From positions 1,788-65,787 of the forward strand of contig CAZKPK010000002.1 in assembly GCA_964554645.1 (NCBI GenBank): a stretch of 64,000 nt of DNA, written 5' to 3'. A program made the position numbers and the translations under genes. Below are positions 35,696 through 46,100 of this stretch, in pieces. Source of the stretch: an uncultured Candidatus Saccharibacteria bacterium (GTDB taxonomy: Bacteria > Patescibacteriota > Minisyncoccia > Phycocordibacterales > UBA9973). The first letter of the stretch is position 1; the number at the start of each line of letters is the position of its first letter. Under the pieces are notes generated by a model, which had not been told where the DNA came from, ran no database searches, and saw only the letters and a list, made by a program, of their open reading frames with translations.

Positions 35696-36145
35696 ATGTA
35701 TTTAAATAAAGTAATAATTGTAGGTAATCTGACCCGAGATCCAGAGCTTGCCACTATCCCTTCTGGGCAAAAAGTTTGCAAGTTCGGGGTAGCAACCAAT
35801 CGTGTTTGGAAGGACAAAAGTGGCGCCAAACAAGAGTCAGTCAGTTATCACAATATCGTAGTCTGGGGCAGACAAGCAGAAACTTCTGCTCAATATCTAA
35901 AAAAAGGTCAGCAAGTAATGGTGGAAGGTCGGATCGAAACACGCAGTTGGGATGACAAGACCAGCGGAGAGAAAAAGTATAGGACCGAAATTATTGCGGA
36001 CCGAGTGCAATTTGGAGCCAAAAGCGGGGGAGCGAATACTGGAGCATCAGGCGCAGGGGCTCAAAAATCATCTTCTGAAAACAAAGAAGTCGATTCCATT
36101 GAATATCCAGAAGAAGACATCAATCCCGAAGACATACCATTTTAA
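35696..36145 (+). CDS. ssb: single-stranded DNA-binding protein
   Basis: It has an OB-fold N-terminus (VIIVGNLTRDPEL...), a Gly-rich tail and an acidic C-terminus ending DIPF. Confidence 0.9.
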   Translation: MYLNKVIIVGNLTRDPELATIPSGQKVCKFGVATNRVWKDKSGAKQESVSYHNIVVWGRQAETSAQYLKKGQQVMVEGRIETRSWDDKTSGEKKYRTEIIADRVQFGAKSGGANTGASGAGAQKSSSENKEVDSIEYPEEDINPEDIPF

Positions 36146-36148
36146 TTT

Positions 36149-36349
36149 ATGAAGCAAGATTATTTTTCAGCCAACAATATAAAATATATAGACTACAAGG
36201 ATGTTGAAATTTTAAAGAAATTTTTAAATCCTAATGGCAAAATTATGAGCCATAAGCGTACTGGCGTGACCGCCAAAAATCAGCGCGCTTTAGCTTCAGC
36301 TATCAAACACGCAAGATTTTTTGGTTTGTTGCCTTTTGTGGTGAAATAA
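36149..36349 (+). CDS. rpsR: 30S ribosomal protein S18
   Basis: A 66-aa protein with the S18 signature ([28 protein letters not shown]). Confidence 0.85.
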   Translation: MKQDYFSANNIKYIDYKDVEILKKFLNPNGKIMSHKRTGVTAKNQRALASAIKHARFFGLLPFVVK

Positions 36350-36358
36350 CTCTTTTTT

Positions 36359-36413
36359 GGCATACTTTTTATAAAGCAATCTATCTGGCCAAGCTTGGCC
36401 AGCGAACTTCTCA
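36359..36413. repeat. inverted-orientation copy of the GCCAG-hairpin module; here the hairpin is the perfect palindrome ctggccaagcttggccag
   Basis: It matches 10417-10465 in reverse complement. It lies between the convergent rpsR and efp 3' ends. Confidence 0.5.
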
Positions 36414-36501
36414 TCGCTCAAAAAAATAATAAATGGATTACCATTTTTATTTTCTAAGCTCCTGCGAAAGGCTTTCTAAAAAGTATGCCTGCAACGAGTT
36501 T

Positions 36502-37083
36502 TTACACTCTCTCCACATATTCTCCAGTTTCCGTATTTACGCTAATTACATCTCCTTCACTTATAAACATCGGAGCGTTAAGGGTCGCTCCATTTTCCAG
36601 AGTAATGACTTTCATTCCTCCCTTGGAGGTGTCTCCGCGGACGGCCGGTGGAGCCTCTTTTACTTTGAAATTAATTTTGATGGGCAGAGTAACTTTGATA
36701 ATTTGCTCGATTTCATCTTCATTTTCCCAAATTACAGCTTCTACATCGCCGTTCTGTTTCAGAAATTTTGAAGCATTTCCAATCAGCGCGACATCCAGCT
36801 TGAATCTTTTGCTTTTGTCATTTTTGTCGCAGAACCAATATTCACCCCGGTTATGGTAGAGAAAAGTAATAGGCCTTTTTATTATTTCCGCTTCGTCAGC
36901 TGATTCGGAGACATGAAAAGTGGCGTTGATAGTCTTGCCTGAAATCAGAGTTTTTAGTTTGACCTGATTTTGGGGTTTTCGCTGTTGAGTTCTGGCGACA
37001 TGGGATTCAATAACTTCACAGGGCTCGCCGTCGTAAATTATTATTTTCTTCTCGCGAATTTCGCTGTATTCCAGTTTTGACAT
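36502..37083 (-). CDS. efp: elongation factor P
   Basis: It has the EF-P pattern (MSKLEYSEIREKKIIIYDGEPCEV...KPQNQVKLKTLISGK...). The likely start is the Met at 37083 within the longer ORF. Confidence 0.7.
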   Translation of the reverse strand: MSKLEYSEIREKKIIIYDGEPCEVIESHVARTQQRKPQNQVKLKTLISGKTINATFHVSESADEAEIIKRPITFLYHNRGEYWFCDKNDKSKRFKLDVALIGNASKFLKQNGDVEAVIWENEDEIEQIIKVTLPIKINFKVKEAPPAVRGDTSKGGMKVITLENGATLNAPMFISEGDVISVNTETGEYVERV

Positions 37084-37142
37084 GTGAAATATCTTAACAG
37101 ATACAACCTTATTTCGCAACCTTCTGTTGACACTGCACTTAC

Positions 37143-37181
37143 TTCTACTACAAAAACGGTCGTTGTTATGGTAGAATTTAC
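37143..37181. promoter_or_regulatory. 5'-side copy of the paralog-specific direct repeat TTCTACYAYAAAAACGGTCGTYRTTAYRGTAGAAT for PaaX-like paralog 4, including an extended -10 (tgGTAGAAT)
   Basis: It is repeated at about 85% identity at 37791-37828, downstream of the gene. Confidence 0.5.
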
Positions 37182-37186
37182 ATGTT

Positions 37187-37780
37187 ATGCCGAGAGGAAA
37201 AATTTTAATAAAAATTTTAGAATTACTTTATGATCAAGCCATGAATCAGGTTGATTTTTTCAGCGCAGTTTTAGTAAGTGGTTATGGAGCTAGTGCTCGC
37301 AAGATTGATTATGAATATCAAAAACGTCGAAGACTTGCTTCTAAATCAGAGTTAGATATACAAGATTTTAGCAATAAGAAACTACGCTTGCAAAAATTTT
37401 TATCCAAGTTAAAACATGACGGTCTTATAAGACAAACGGAAGGTGTCAGTGGCAGATTCACCATCTCAAGTAAAGGGAGAACTAAGCTCGCGGAACTAAA
37501 GAAAAAATTTCAGAACAAATATTATGAGGTTGAGGATAAAAAAGTCAGTCCGATAATAATTAGTTTCGATGTTCCAGAAGAGTTCAAAAGAAAGAGAGCT
37601 TGGTTGCGCGCAGTAATTCAAAATCTTGGATTTGAAATGGTGCATAAAAGTGTATGGATGGGAAATACTAAGTTACCCAAGCAATTAATACTGGATTTAG
37701 AAAAAATGAACATTTTAGAGTTCATTGAGATTTTCGAAATTACTAAAACTGGAACGTTAAAAAAAGTCGATAAAGCTTAG
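37187..37780 (+). CDS. PaaX-like winged-helix transcriptional regulator (paralog 4 of 4, the most divergent)
   Basis: It has the family motif ...PIIISFDVPEEFKRKRAWLRAVIQNLGFEMVHKSVWMGNTKLP. Confidence 0.5.
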   Translation: MPRGKILIKILELLYDQAMNQVDFFSAVLVSGYGASARKIDYEYQKRRRLASKSELDIQDFSNKKLRLQKFLSKLKHDGLIRQTEGVSGRFTISSKGRTKLAELKKKFQNKYYEVEDKKVSPIIISFDVPEEFKRKRAWLRAVIQNLGFEMVHKSVWMGNTKLPKQLILDLEKMNILEFIEIFEITKTGTLKKVDKA

Positions 37781-37790
37781 TTTTTAATAG

Positions 37791-37828
37791 TTCTACCATA
37801 AAAACGGTCGTCATTACAGTAGAATCCA
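37791..37828. promoter_or_regulatory. 3'-side copy of the paralog-4 repeat, facing the 3' end of the convergent recA
   Basis: See the entry for 37143-37181. Confidence 0.5.
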
Positions 37829-37850
37829 CACAAGTTACAAAAGTAAAGTT

Positions 37851-38975
37851 TTAGGTTTCTTCCGCGAATTTCTTCTTGATTTCTTTCAAAATCTGATCTG
37901 AGATTTTTTTATTTTCTTTCAGAAACGTGCGAGTGGAATCATAACCCACGCCCAGTTTTACCTTGTCCGCCGTAGCTTTGGCGGAGGAGGATTCACTCGG
38001 CATACTCGCCTTCGCCGAGGCTATGACGGGCAAGTAGAAATACGAATTCCCAGTTTTTTCGATTATTTTAAATCTTTCTCCGAGCGCCATAATTTCACCT
38101 TCTTTAGAAATACCCTCATTGTAAATAATATCAAATTCTGTCTGTTTGAATGGAGCGGAGACTTTATTTTTCACCACTTTGACACGAGTGCGTGAGCCCA
38201 CGACTTCCTCTCCTTTTTTGATTTGGGCGATTTTGCGGATATCCAGCCGGACGGAGGTATAAAACTTCAACGCCTTGCCTCCCGGAGTCGTTTCCGGGTT
38301 GCCGAACATCACTCCAATTTGCATTCTGATTTGATTTATAAAGATAACAACGGTTTTGGATCTGGCGACAATGGCAGTCAATTTGCGGAGCGCTTGAGAC
38401 ATCAGCCGGGCTTGTTTGCCGACATGATAGGCGCCCATATCGCCTTCGATTTCGTCTTTTGGGGTGAGCGCCGCCACCGAATCGATCACAATAACATCGA
38501 TCTTGCCGGTGCGCACCAAGCTCTCTACTATTTCCAGCGCCTGTTCGCCGTTATCTGGCTGGGAAATAAGCAATTCATTTATGTTCACTCCGAGCTTCTT
38601 TGTATATTCAGGATCCATTGCGTGTTCAGCGTCTATATATGCGCAAACGCCCCCTAGTTTCTGCGCTTCCGCCACGATATGAAGGGACAATGTTGTTTTT
38701 CCGGAAGATTCAGGTCCGAATATTTCAATGATTCGGCCACGCGGTATTCCGCCTACCCCCAAAGCCATATCCAGGCCGATAGAACCGGTCGGAATTACAT
38801 TCACATCTACTTTCGGCGAGTCGCCAAATTTCATTATTGATCCTTCTCCAAACTTGGTTTGGATTGATTTTAGGGTGTCTTCAAGCACCGCTATTCCCAT
38901 AGTTTTATTTTCTTTTTTTTCCCCGCCTGCAACGCTATGCGTAGCATTGCGGGCAGGTTTTTTCTTATTTATCAT
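37851..38975 (-). CDS. recA: recombinase RecA
   Basis: It has the Walker A motif [10 protein letters not shown] and [13 protein letters not shown] (a loop L2 region). The N-terminus extends beyond the usual RecA start, so the true start may be internal. Confidence 0.9.
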   Translation of the reverse strand: MINKKKPARNATHSVAGGEKKENKTMGIAVLEDTLKSIQTKFGEGSIMKFGDSPKVDVNVIPTGSIGLDMALGVGGIPRGRIIEIFGPESSGKTTLSLHIVAEAQKLGGVCAYIDAEHAMDPEYTKKLGVNINELLISQPDNGEQALEIVESLVRTGKIDVIVIDSVAALTPKDEIEGDMGAYHVGKQARLMSQALRKLTAIVARSKTVVIFINQIRMQIGVMFGNPETTPGGKALKFYTSVRLDIRKIAQIKKGEEVVGSRTRVKVVKNKVSAPFKQTEFDIIYNEGISKEGEIMALGERFKIIEKTGNSYFYLPVIASAKASMPSESSSAKATADKVKLGVGYDSTRTFLKENKKISDQILKEIKKKFAEET

Positions 38976-39328
38976 ATATTTTCGTATATTATCTTATAAT
39001 TTTTTTCATCAGTATATCCGAATTTATCTTGCGCTCTGATGTTGATTATATTATATCCCGGCAAGAGCGCAATTGTCTCATTGAAATCGCCAGTTTCACT
39101 TATTGAAATTTCTCGACCATTCAAAGTCAAATTTACCGCATTTTTTGCATTCCCCTTTATTTCAATAATACTATTCGCAACTTTTATCCCGTCCATTATA
39201 TTTACATCTTTTATTTTCACTCCGTAAATTAAATCACGAGAGCCAAAAAGAGCGTAAATAATGATAAAGAGAAAAAAGGCAACGAGAATCGCTATTTGCA
39301 ATATTTTTTTAGCATCGGGATTCATCAT
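38972..39328 (-). CDS. small membrane-anchored hypothetical protein
   Basis: The likely start is the ATGATG at 39328-39323, overlapping the ftsK stop. One TM helix ([20 protein letters not shown]) is present. Confidence 0.45.
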   Translation of the reverse strand: MMNPDAKKILQIAILVAFFLFIIIYALFGSRDLIYGVKIKDVNIMDGIKVANSIIEIKGNAKNAVNLTLNGREISISETGDFNETIALLPGYNIINIRAQDKFGYTDEKNYKIIYENI

Positions 39329-39329
39329 A

Positions 39330-41573
39330 TTATGTTTCCTGCCTGCCGGCAGGCAGGTCTCCGGTTTCCGTGCGTTCAATTTTTTCTAATACCTCTCTCG
39401 GTTTTGCGCCTTCTCCCGGACCGATTACTCCGCGTTCTTCCAGTTTGTCCATCAGGCGCGCCGCGCGCGCGTATCCTAATTTTAATTTTCTTTGCAGATA
39501 GGAAGTTGAGGCCTTGCCGGCTTCTATTACGCAAGCCCTCGCTTCCTCATACAATTCATCATCTTCTTCAGAGTCTTCATCATACAAGCTTTCTCCGCCC
39601 AGGGCGGATCCGCCTTGGGCGGAAAAAATACTCTTATCAGCCGAAATAGAGCCTGTAGTCAGGGTTATCTCTCCCAATATTTCATCTTTGTAAGCGTCCG
39701 CTAGATAATTAACAACCTTTTTAACTTCGGTTTCTGAAATAAACGCGCTCTGCAAGCGTTCTGGTTGAGCGTCGCCCGAGGCATAGAGCATATCGCCGGC
39801 TCCCAAAAGTTTCTCTGCACCGCCAGCATCCAAGATAGTGCGCGAGTCCACTTGCGAAGAAACTTTCAGGGCGACGCGGGCTGGGATATTCGCCTTGATC
39901 AAACCAGTGATGACATTTACTTCCGGGCGCTGGGTGGAAATTATCAAGTGTATGCCCACAGCTCTGGACATCTGAGCGAGGCGGACAATAGCCGATTCCA
40001 GCTCCCTAGGATAGGAACTCATTATGTCTGCTAACTCGTCTATTATGATGATGATATACGGCAGGCGATCCCTAAACGCCTCACTTTGCGAGGCGTCGGG
40101 CGAACCGCCTTTGGCGGTTTTAGCCACACCACTGTAGACATTGTTGTGATAAGATTCTATATCTCGCACCGATTCTGCTTCCAATATATCGTAACGGCGG
40201 TCCATTTCCTTGGCCGCCCATTTCAAAGCTAAAATCGTTTTTTTAGGATCGGTTATGACCGGAGTCAATAAATGCGGAATGTTGTTGTAAAGGGTTAGTT
40301 CTACCCGTTTTGGATCGATCAGTATGAATTTTAGGTCATCCGGCCCGTTTCGGTATAAGAGAGAAGTAATCATAGAATGAATAGCGACTGATTTTCCGGA
40401 GCCGGTTGTTCCGGCGACTAAGCAATGAGGCATTTTGGCAAGATTGCCGAAGATTGATTTGCCTCCGATATTGCGGCCGAGAGCGATCGTCAGAGGTTTG
40501 GAAGAATTTTGGAATTTGTCGTCGGCCAGAAGAGTGGCCAGACCGACCAAAGATTTTGTCCTATTTGGAATTTCAATGCCGACCAAGGATTTTCCCGGGA
40601 TTGGCGCTTCTATTCGTATCGGGTGCGCCGCCAGCGCAAGCGAGAGATCATTCTGCAGAGCGACGATGCGCGAAAGTTTCATTCCTTCGGCTGGTTTCAA
40701 TGCATAACGAGTAACGGTCGGTCCGACTGTTACTTCGTCCATTTCCACTTCGATGCCGAAGTTCAAGAGCGTGCGCTTTATTATGTTTGCGTTCGCTTTT
40801 ATGTCGCCCGTATTCGGTTTTCCTTGATCTTCTTCCAAGAGGGACAACGGGGGAGGGACGTAGGTGGAAACTAATCCGCCGCGCCTCTTTTTAATCGGAA
40901 TTTCTTCTTCTTCATCTTCCCCTTTTTTTATACCCAATGCTTTTTTTATTTTTTCACCAGTAGTTTCCGTTTCTCTTTCTTCCCTAAACACTTCTTCTGA
41001 AGCGTCGGGCGATCCAGCTTCGCTGGATTTAGCCTCCTCCTCTTCCACTTTTCTTCTGGTAATAAAATCCCAAATTTTTTTGAAAAATGGCAGGAGATCC
41101 AATTTTGTATCGAATATCACCAGAATTGAAATTATTAAAATCGCGCCGAGAAAAATAATACTGGCATATACATCAAAGAGGGAAACAAGAGGTATTGATA
41201 AAACTTCTCCTAATAATCCGCCGGAACGCCTGCCCGCCAATTGGGCGGGTGAACCTCCCGCGATGTCTATCAAACCCAATCCAGAGAGAAGAAACATTAC
41301 CGCGCTGATCGCGCTTCTCCATCCGATTTCTGGAGTTTCTGATCTGACAAATGAAGACCCCAAAAGAACAAGCAGAGCCGGTAAAAGAATATAGCCGACA
41401 CCCAACAAGTAATAAAGTTTTTCATAAATAAACTTGCCTGCGATTCCCGTCATATCAAATGCGGACATCAAAAAAAATAATGCCAAAACAAAAAAAACTA
41501 TTGCCATAATGCCATGTTTGGTATTGCTCTTTAGTCCGGGACCTTCCTGATTTTTCTCTTTCTTATTTGCCAT
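39330..41573 (-). CDS. ftsK: DNA translocase FtsK/SpoIIIE
   Basis: It has N-terminal TM helices, a low-complexity acidic linker, a motor domain with the Walker A motif GTTGSGKS, and a C-terminal gamma-like winged helix. Confidence 0.85.
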   Translation of the reverse strand: MANKKEKNQEGPGLKSNTKHGIMAIVFFVLALFFLMSAFDMTGIAGKFIYEKLYYLLGVGYILLPALLVLLGSSFVRSETPEIGWRSAISAVMFLLSGLGLIDIAGGSPAQLAGRRSGGLLGEVLSIPLVSLFDVYASIIFLGAILIISILVIFDTKLDLLPFFKKIWDFITRRKVEEEEAKSSEAGSPDASEEVFREERETETTGEKIKKALGIKKGEDEEEEIPIKKRRGGLVSTYVPPPLSLLEEDQGKPNTGDIKANANIIKRTLLNFGIEVEMDEVTVGPTVTRYALKPAEGMKLSRIVALQNDLSLALAAHPIRIEAPIPGKSLVGIEIPNRTKSLVGLATLLADDKFQNSSKPLTIALGRNIGGKSIFGNLAKMPHCLVAGTTGSGKSVAIHSMITSLLYRNGPDDLKFILIDPKRVELTLYNNIPHLLTPVITDPKKTILALKWAAKEMDRRYDILEAESVRDIESYHNNVYSGVAKTAKGGSPDASQSEAFRDRLPYIIIIIDELADIMSSYPRELESAIVRLAQMSRAVGIHLIISTQRPEVNVITGLIKANIPARVALKVSSQVDSRTILDAGGAEKLLGAGDMLYASGDAQPERLQSAFISETEVKKVVNYLADAYKDEILGEITLTTGSISADKSIFSAQGGSALGGESLYDEDSEEDDELYEEARACVIEAGKASTSYLQRKLKLGYARAARLMDKLEERGVIGPGEGAKPREVLEKIERTETGDLPAGRQET
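39591..39629. repeat. CCGCC double-hairpin element inserted in-frame in the C-terminal low-complexity region of ftsK
   Basis: ttctccgcccagggcggatccgccttgggcggaaaaaat closely matches the intergenic copy at 42846-42882. On the coding strand it encodes FSAQGGSALGGE. Confidence 0.55.
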
Positions 41574-41606
41574 GAAAGTATTTTAGCATATTTTTAGAAT
41601 TTAAAA

Positions 41607-41699
41607 TTCTCCTCTTTGAGGAGTACCCGTTACAGCGGGGGAGGTGGAATATATCCACCCCGTCCCGATGAACATCGGGGCACCCTTCAAGAGGGGAAT
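41607..41699 (+). repeat. four-hairpin GC-rich structured element, copy A (candidate sRNA or repeat family)
   Basis: The element reads ttCTCCTCtttGAGGAG - GGGGGAGGTGGA-loop-TCCACCCCG - CCCGATGaaCATCGGG - CCCTTCaaGAGGGGaat. A TAGAAT -10-like hexamer lies 6 nt upstream. Copies occur at 52756, 58074 and 19566. Confidence 0.55.
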
Positions 41700-41740
41700 G
41701 AAATGCTTGCTTTTCTTCATGTCCCATATATAATGGACAA

Positions 41741-42502
41741 ATGTTAGCAGGAGATAAAAATCTTAAAGACTCTACTAAGGACACGAATATTTCTTTAACG
41801 GACATTTCTTTTTCTATTTCTTATACTAAGACACATAAGCTTATTACAGCGCTTTATATGGTAACGGACATAATGGACCGAGGTGAGCCGCTTAGAAATA
41901 AATTAAGGACATTAGGGGTAGAAATTCTATCAGACACTATATCAATGTCAAGGTTGAACCTTGATAAAAAGATCCAAGAAGTTTTGTCCTTTATAGATGT
42001 AGCTTTAACTTTGAATTTTATTTCAGAGATGAATTGTGCTATCTTAAAAAAAGAGTTTCTTGAATTAAAAACATCTATTGGACATCTAGATGTAAAACCT
42101 ATGTGGCTTGAAGAACTTTTTTCCGTTCCTCAACCTAAAGGACATTATATTGGACAATCATTAAGGACACGAATTGGTGTCCAAAAGGGAAGTACTTTAA
42201 TGAAGGCTCTGTCTGATCTAGAAGCAAAACCTAATATATTAGGTCTTGCTTCACATTTTGGTTTTAATATATTAAAAAAACAAAGGCAAAATGATATAAT
42301 CGATATTGTAAAAAGTAATGGAGGAAACGCTACTATAACGGACATTAGAACAAAGATAAATACTGAGATCCATAAATCACTTGCCTCTTGCAGTGAAAAA
42401 ACATTACAAAGAGAATTAATGTCCATGACAAAAGACGGTGTCCTTAATAAGACAGGTGAAAAACGCTGGAGCAGGTATTTTATCAAGGTTCTAGGTTCAT
42501 AG
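41741..42502 (+). CDS. hypothetical protein with a possible C-terminal winged-helix domain
   Basis: It has no catalytic motifs. The C-terminal segment (ITDIR...TLQRELMSMTKDGVLNKTGEKRWSRYFI) resembles wHTH DNA-binding domains. Confidence 0.4.
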   Translation: MLAGDKNLKDSTKDTNISLTDISFSISYTKTHKLITALYMVTDIMDRGEPLRNKLRTLGVEILSDTISMSRLNLDKKIQEVLSFIDVALTLNFISEMNCAILKKEFLELKTSIGHLDVKPMWLEELFSVPQPKGHYIGQSLRTRIGVQKGSTLMKALSDLEAKPNILGLASHFGFNILKKQRQNDIIDIVKSNGGNATITDIRTKINTEIHKSLASCSEKTLQRELMSMTKDGVLNKTGEKRWSRYFIKVLGS

Positions 42503-42615
42503 GGGCTAGTTTCTAGTAAAAATTCTTGCTTTTGATTAAAGAATATGCAATAATTGACCTGTGGAGTTTTCTCCGCAAGTCTTATCTTCTAGAACCTAGT
42601 AAACTAGCTGCTAGA
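42483..42615. repeat. CTAG-rich intergenic array
   Basis: It contains ctagtttctagt...cttctagaacctagtaaactagctgctagaacctaa. Confidence 0.5.
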
Positions 42616-42629
42616 ACCTAATTCTGGAG

Positions 42630-42638
42630 TTATCCACA
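42630..42638 (+). promoter_or_regulatory. TTATCCACA box (DnaA-box consensus 9-mer) upstream of the surface-protein gene
   Basis: It is an exact 9-mer. It recurs in the same orientation at 48682, 53458 and 58649, each upstream of a large secreted-protein gene. Confidence 0.4.
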
Positions 42639-42845
42639 TAATATATTGCTCTATTTTTGAGCTATGTATTATAATGTATCTGTGTTTAGCGATTGCGCGC
42701 TTTTATGCGTGTTATCTTGAACACAAAATTTGTGTATTTATTTTCGCTTTTGTTTTTCGTTTGCGATTTCGTCGAAAAAATTTCAAATGAACTTGGTGAA
42801 AATAAATGTCCATTGAAAACTGAATAGCAAATTTTTTGTTCAGTC

Positions 42846-42882
42846 TTCTCCGCCCAAAGCGGATCCGCCTCAGGCGGAAATG
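42846..42882. repeat. CCGCC double-hairpin element, intergenic copy
   Basis: It reads ttctccgcccaaagcggatccgcctcaggcggaaatg, with two adjacent short GC hairpins. Confidence 0.55.
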
Positions 42883-43100
42883 TTTAGTTTACATCTGTTC
42901 TTTATTTTTTTATTCGCTGCATTACAAATTGTTTTTAAATTGTGCTGACTAGCGAGGAGCATATGAAAATAAAATTTTCGTAATGTCCGAGCGACGTCGA
43001 AAATATTGCACGCAATATTATTATTTATTGGCGGATAAAAAATAGAGATAGAAAAAAAATACGCTTTTAGTCAAGTCGAAACTAATTAATGGCGTAGAAT

Positions 43101-43134
43101 CCCTCACCAAATTTTTAGAAAAATTTAGTGAGGG
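43101..43134. promoter_or_regulatory. 16-bp inverted repeat with a 2-nt loop (ccctcaccaaattttt-ag-aaaaatttagtgaggg), 20 nt upstream of the surface-protein ATG
   Basis: The arms are near-perfect with one mismatch. The element lies in the 5' leader or operator position of the 43155 gene. Confidence 0.5.
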
Positions 43135-43154
43135 ACAAGAATTAGAAAAAATTT

Positions 43155-46100
43155 ATGAGTAAATTATTAAAATCAAAATATCTTCTTGGAATTATGCTTG
43201 TTGCAACTCTTGCCGTTGCTTTCGTTTTCGCAATGTTTGCGACGACAGCTTTTGCGCAAACTGCTTGCTCAACAGGCACGACTACACTAAGAGTAGGTTC
43301 GAAAGGTGACGCAGTTAAGTGTCTTCAGTCCGCTGTTGGAGTAACTGCCGATGGTAGCTTCGGTCCAATCACCAAAGCCGCCGTGCAAACTTGGCAAACT
43401 TCCAAAAGTTTAGTGGCTGATGGAATATTCGGCAGATTGTCCCGAGCCGCTTTCACGGGTGGCACGGTTACAGTAAGTGGAACGACTCTTCCAGCAGGCT
43501 GTACTTCAACTTCCGGATATAGTCCTACGACTGGAACAAAATGTGATACTGCCGTTGCGGTGTCCACGACTCTTCCAGCCGGCTGTACATCGACGGCAGG
43601 ATACAGTCCTACCACTGGTACCAAATGCGACTCTGGCGGCACAACCACCACTACGACAAATCCTACTGGTCCCGTATCAGTTGCGCTTGCAACGGATAAT
43701 CCTGCATCCCGTTCCGTGACAACCACGGAAGCTGGCGCTGATTTAGCGCATTTCTCATTCACAGGTTCTGGGACGGTTACGAATATCACTTTGAAGCGTA
43801 CTGGTATTTCTGCCGATGCTTCTCTCTCAAGCGTCTACCTCTATGATGGAGCCCTTCGTTTGACGGATGCCGCTTCGGTATCGAGTGGCAGTATGATTAC
43901 CTTCAATGACCCCAACGGTCTCTTTGTTGTCAATGGCTCAAGGACCATTTCCATCAAATCTGATATGGCAGGAAATTCTGGCGAAACCATTGGTGTTGCC
44001 TTGGTTTCATTCACAGCTTCCGGTCAAGCTATTGTTACACTCAGTGCTCCGCTTTCCGGTAATTTGATGACGGTTGCTTCAGCAACTCTGGCTGGAGTTT
44101 CGTTCGGCACCATTACCCCTGCGGCCAATGCTAACTTGACTCCTGATAACGATGTTATTGTCTGGCAGAGCACAGCTGCAATTACCACTCGCGATGTATG
44201 GCTATCTCGCTTTACAATTCGTGAAGTCGGCTCAATCGCAAAGACCGATATTTCCAATCTTCGCTTGATAATTGATGCGACGACGGTGGCGACAGTGGCA
44301 AATCCAGATGCAAACGGTTATTCAACTTTTGCTCTTACTTCACCGCTAAAACTTATAACCGGTTCCCATACCTTCAAAGTTTTAGCTGATGTTACGGGAG
44401 GTTCATCTCTAACCTTTACTTTCTCCATAAGAAACAGAACAGATATCGGTTTGGTGGACAGCCAATACAATGTAGGCTTCTTGACCTCCACCGTTGTCGG
44501 TTCTCTGACTGCCGGCCAACAGACAATTTCAACTGGATATGTCACGGTCCAAAAGGCGACCGACTCTCCAACGAGCACGATTGTTTTGGCTGGTACGGAT
44601 GTGGTTTTGGGACGCTTTACAGCTAAAACATACGGCGAGAAAGTTAAGGTTGATACTATGCTGGTTGATTTCTCGGGTACTTCCGGCACGACCCTTCGCA
44701 ATGGACGCATCTTGGTTGATGGTCAGCAAGTTGGTTCAACCACTACCATCAATCCCGCATCGACCGGTACATCATTTAATGTAAATCATACTTTCTTGCC
44801 TGGCGCTACTGCCATCATTGAAGTTCGCGCTGATATTTACAACAATGATGCTGATGCTCTTCCTGCTTACGCGGCTGGAGACACTATTCAAGTAATTTTG
44901 TCTACCGGTGTCAACAATGCTCAAGGACTAGTATCTGGGGATGCTACTCTGGATGTTCCTACAGCAAATGTTAATGCCAATAGCCTGACTGTGGGTTCCG
45001 GAAGCATCACTCTTGCCAAAGACCAGGTTTACGGTAACCAATCAGTGGTTGTTCCTACGACGGCAACTCTGCTTGGTTCTTGGGTTTTGACTTCAGGCAC
45101 AACTGAAGCTCTAAACCTCGATACTATTCAGGTTGACCTTGCTTTTCTTAATGAATTTGCGGCGGCTGACCTCTCTAATGTCTATGTGATGTATGGTTCT
45201 AAGATCACTTCCAGCAAAGCGACAGTTTCAGCTACGGCCGGGGCAAACACTTGGAATATATCCGAAGCGATGGCGGTTAATAGCACAATGACTTTCAAAG
45301 TATATGGCGATATTGCGACTGGCGCTGTGGTTGATACTGTAAATGCCGACACCGTTATCCCGTCTCTCTTGGTTTCCGGTACATCCGCTTCTGGCACAGC
45401 TGTGAATACGAATAGCAATACCGTGCTTGCAGGTCAGACAATTACCGCGGTAAACTCGGGCTCGCTTACGGTATCTCTTGACGCTAACACTCCAATAGCC
45501 GCGCAGGTAGTGGCTGGAACTACCGATTCAGGTGGTTCTCTTAAGATTAAACTTGCCGGTACCAACGAAGATCAATATGTAAAGACTGTAAGGATTTACG
45601 CAAATACCAGCGCTAACTCAGCGGCTATCTCTTCAATGAATCTTGCCTGGTCTGCGACTTCCAATGGAGCTTACGCTACTGTTGGGCAGGATCAAACATT
45701 GACTAACGACGGCACCAATCCTGGTTACAGCGTTTGGAGCTTAACCGGCGCTAGTCGGGTGACTGTTCCTAAGAATGGTTCAATCTACCTGAAGGTTACG
45801 CCTTCATATGTTTCTTCAGGCCAAACGGAAGTTTCCGGCTTAACGCCTAAACTCTTCTTGGGCGACCTTCAAGCTGAAGGCACATCCCTATTGGCGGCAG
45901 GCGGAACAACTGCTACTCTTATAAACTCAACTGGTATTATCATTCAAGCGAACAGCTCGGCTGTGGCTGGACGCACGTATATTGATTCAACAGAGAATAG
46001 GCTTGCTGCTGCTATAACTGCTACTGCAACAACTATTACTACAGCAGGCGGTCAAACGTTTTTGCCAGGTGATATCATCTTTGTTGATTGGAGTGGTCCT

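Noticed and set aside
15306-37780. The four paralogous 19-kDa proteins as Cas2-like proteins (FDIPE...R..L...GF..LQ.SVF pattern)
   Set aside because: The match to the PaaX central region (WDGKW...GF...) plus an N-terminal wHTH-like region is better. They are not associated with repeats of CRISPR type or with cas1.
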